Shown: positions 60,611-64,000 of the stretch, one piece after another
How the letters are laid out: each line of letters begins with the position of its first letter
How positions within the stretch are numbered: position 1 is the stretch's first letter
Origin: Octopus sinensis
Lineage: Eukaryota
Assembly: GCF_006345805.1 (NCBI RefSeq)
Contig: NC_042999.1
Location: forward strand, 115,382,001 to 115,446,000
Reading direction: 5' to 3'
DNA length: 64,000 nucleotides
Notes under the pieces: generated by a model
What the model saw: the letters and a program-made list of their open reading frames with translations, nothing else
Database searches by the model: none
Told to the model about the DNA's origin: nothing
Program-made: the position numbers and the translations under genes

Positions 60611-62688
60611 CACAAGTCGTGATCCCTTACTCATCAAGGTGAACAATAGTTTCAAATATGAATCAACTCATATCGTGACCTGTCCAACCCATACCAACAT
60701 GGAAAAGCAAATGTAAAATGCTGCTGATAATGATGATGATGATGATGATGATGAACAATCACCTCCAAGTGTCCAGGCTCAACTGCAAGAGTCTCAGAAC
60801 ATTACCACAGTACCATCTCTTCCATTTAACCCAGACAAACATAAAAAAAGCCACATATACACAGAAGCCACAGCAGTATCAGTAACTAAATTAGCTTCAA
60901 ACACTGCTGGGATACACATCACGAATAATAAATGCAAAAGAGTAAATAACATCCGTATTCTCCACACCAAGTTCACCAAACTCGTTTCTTTCTTGGCCAG
61001 TGGGAGTCAGAGTTTGTTATAAAGAAGACCAGGTCACACCCAGGGGAGAAGGATTAGTGATTGAAAAAGAGCAGTCAAATTGCCCTGTTTTAGTAAAGAT
61101 GGTTTTAGAGATATCCAACCTCATGGTGAAGAAATAAGAATTATCAGATCTTCATCTGTTATCTTTTACTTGTTTCAGTTATTAGACTGCAGCCATGCTG
61201 GTGTGTCACCCTGAAGGATTTTAGTCGAGCAAATTAACTCCAGTACTTTTTTTCTAAAGCCTGGTACTTACTCTATTGGTCTCTTTTGCTGAATTGCTAA
61301 GTTATGGCAATGTAAATACATCAACACCAGCTGCCAAGTGGTGGTGAGGGACAAACACAGACACAAACACACACACACACAAACACAATGAGCTTCTTTC
61401 AGTTTCCATCAACACAAATCTACTCACAAGACTTTGATCAGCTTGAGGGTGCAGTAGAAAACTCTTGCCCAAGGGGCTATGTAGTGAGACTGAACCCAAA
61501 CCATGTAGTTGGGAAGCAAACTTCTTTCTACATAGCCACACCTGCAAACATTATTTTATTCGTTTTTTTTCTTTTCATTTTTTTTGTGTGAAAGAGATTG
61601 GGTTTCTCTTTTTGAGAACCACTGTTCTAAGCGATTGTTTAACATTTTTTCTCTCTCTTTAGTTAGGAGAGAACAGAGTTACAGGACCTCTGTGACTGGT
61701 GTGAAGGAGGAAGGTACTCTCAAACTAGAAGTTTGGCCTGAATGTTTGCGATAGAATAGATTCGTAACATGTGGTGGTGGTGTTACTGGGTGACAAGTTA
61801 AGTCCCCAACTACCTGTTATCAATGGTGGGTATGGTTCCACTAATTCGCTAACAGCTAATTAGTGAAGCTAACTTTTCATTTTAGCAGATAAGCATTTTC
61901 GTTAACTTTGGAAAACGTCAGCAGACCAATCAGCTTCTGCTAAATTTTCTGAATCTTCAGACTTTTCAATATGCTAGACCACTGGTTTTAAATTGATATT
62001 AATCAAATTAATATTCAATTTTTCACCCTTAATATATATATATATATATATAATATATATATATATATAATATATATATATATATCACTCATGACTAAGT
62101 CTATACAGCCAAAACAGCAATCTTTAATGAAATAACAAATAAACGAACTTTAGGTTCTGAACTTATGAATTTCCAACCATCATTCCATCCCTCATCTGGA
62201 TTATTCATCACTCCCCCAATGCGTCACCTATTAAGGTAATGTCACAGTTTTCAAAAGTTTAACAACGAGGCTTTAAATTATAAGCAATATTTCTATGAAT
62301 TTAGAACAGCCTAGTGACAAATGTTAAACTGCAATCTGTGTGATTTCTATAAACAAAATATGGTTATAAGATACTTTGAACGAATGTCTTGCCTCCTTCC
62401 TACCCGAGAAAAATTTTACAAACCACATATTCACTATTGCAGCTTGCGTGGAGATGCCGATGAGCGGCTAGGGTTTTTTTAAAATTTTTTTTATTTTTTA
62501 TGTAGGCCTTGATTATATTCTGCGTCAATTTATATATCGTAACAGTGAATTATTTCCTTGTTGGTTTTAAATTGCTGCTAGCCACCTTGATTATTTTGTA
62601 ATTTTCACATTGCCATATTGTGAAATCAGTCACTGATTCCAATGGCATTATCCATAATATTGACAGGGTGAGTTGAACTCTGCCAACT

Positions 62689-62761
62689 GCGATGGAATGA
62701 GCATTACTGATGAATATAAATTTCCTAAACGAAATTAGCATGGTAATCTAATGCATCTCGC
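62689..62761 (+). ncRNA. Type I hammerhead ribozyme motif (stem II partly decayed)
   Basis: GCATTA(62701-06)-CTGATGA-stem II-GAAA(62731-34)-ATTA/TAAT stem III-C(62748)-TAATGC(62749-54); perfect 6-bp stem I plus distal GCGA/TCGC pairing. Confidence 0.72.
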
Positions 62762-62920
62762 TTAAAAGTGAGGAGAGTTTTCTCCCCTGTCAGTACAAAT
62801 GCTTTTGTGGATAAGAAGTCTACAACTTCTATTTCTAGCAATGCTGATAGTCACTGCACCCTTAACACTCCTGGTGAGAGTGAATTATTTCCTTGTTGGT
62901 TTTGCTGCTAACCACCTTCA

Positions 62921-63337
62921 GGCGCAGGAGTGGCTGTGTGGTAAGTAGCTTTCTAACCAACCACATGGTTCCGGGTTCAGTCCCACTGCGTGGCATCTTG
63001 GGCAAGTGTCTTCTGCTATAGCCCCGAGCCGACCAATGCCTTGTGAGTGGATTTGGTAGACGGAAACTGAAAGAAGCCTGTCGTATATATGTATATATAT
63101 ATGTATGTGTGTGTATGTGTTTGTGTGTCTGTGTTTGTCTCCCTAGCATTGCTTGACAACCGATGTTGGTGTGTTTACGTCCCCGTCACTTAGCGGTTCG
63201 GCAAAAGAGACTGATAGAATAAGTACTGGGCTTACAAAGAATAAGTCCTGGGGTCGATTTGCTTGACTAAAGGCGGTGCTCCAGCATGGCCGCAGTCAAA
63301 TGACTGAAACAAGTAAAAGAGTAAAAGAGTAAAGAGT
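62921..63337 (+). mobile_element. Full-length tRNA-derived octopus SINE (family 1)
   Basis: A-box-like TGGCTGTGTGGTAAG and B-box-like GGTTCAGTCCC, internal (TA)/(TG) tract, tail (GTAAAAGA)n. Confidence 0.85.
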
Positions 63338-63405
63338 ATATATAATTTTAAGCTTTTAACTTTACAACTTATGTCTCTTTACAATTTAACATTTTTTAAT
63401 TACAG

Positions 63406-63670
63406 ATTGCTCAAGGATGTCCCCTGGGTGGCGACCGCTGTGGACTGTTGGTTGGCCTACTACAGGTCCTACCTGGGGTTGACGGCACACTGGCTGGACC
63501 CCAAAACCCGCACGAGACAACACGCTGCCCTGGCCTGCTCTCGGCTCAGAAGACATCATACCGTTGATGTTCTCGCCCAGGCCATGGTGGACATCCGTTA
63601 CAAGTTCCATTTGCAAGACAAGGTGACCAGGACCACGACGGACAACGGCAAAAACTTTGTTAAGGCATTA
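63406..63670 (+). mobile_element. hAT (Ac/zf-BED type) transposase catalytic-domain fragment
   Basis: DVPWVATAVDCWLAYYRSYLGLTAHWLD...AALAC...HT.DVLA...KVTRTTTDNGKNFVKA; much more GC-rich than the flanks. Confidence 0.8.
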
Positions 63671-64000
63671 TTTATGTTGTGTTATAAACCCAAACTCGAA
63701 TATCAAAGTTTAAAAGGTTTTAATCGACTAAAAATACAGCAATCTACAATACAAAGATCGCTAAATTGTAAGCAAAACCAAACTTCAACGCAATAACAGT
63801 TTTATGTAGCGAGTTGCTACAGCCTCGACTAATTAAAACCAACACTGAACAAGTCGTGCCGCAAACAGAACAGAACTCCGCGCAGTCGCACTGCAGGCAT
63901 ATAACAGCAATCAAGACAATCAAAATCACGTGATCAAAACTAAAATCACAACATTTTTCACTCCTAAAGAAAAAGAACAATTAACCAATACAATGCAAAA

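Noticed and set aside
62921-63000. tRNA gene at SINE heads
   Set aside because: Only A/B-box-like remnants, no cloverleaf, and it continues into SINE body sequence present in many copies.

Overview
This is AT-rich, repeat-dense eukaryotic DNA, most likely from an octopus (coleoid cephalopod), inferred from the tRNA-derived SINEs, RTE tails ending in (GAT)n and dense microsatellites. I reconstructed three spliced genes by hand; most of their exons are missing from the ORF track. (1) Glucose-6-phosphate 1-epimerase-like gene, minus strand: exon 1 33580-33652 and exon 2 1255-1306, separated by a 32.3-kb intron; the rest lies left of the window. (2) A complete 9-exon PTCD2 gene, plus strand, 33902-53804, 396 aa, head-to-head with gene 1 across a 250-bp promoter carrying an ETS-CRE composite, an E-box and a YY1/TISU-like motif. 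(3) The last three exons of MTHFR, minus strand, 54942-57915, tail-to-tail with PTCD2. The introns hold decayed maT (DD37D), mariner, Tigger and hAT elements, RTE, CR1, HERO and R4/Dong LINE pieces, a Penelope-like element, Gypsy LTR pieces nested in a Helentron-like element, MITEs and two SINE families. The most unusual signal is a set of hammerhead ribozyme motifs: a type I hammerhead inside a ~335-bp retrozyme-like unit (62544-62920), an inverted pair of Penelope-type hammerheads forming a 342-bp palindrome (15728-16069), and a third Penelope-type motif (29637-29691). All homology calls are from memory of protein families, not from database searches.
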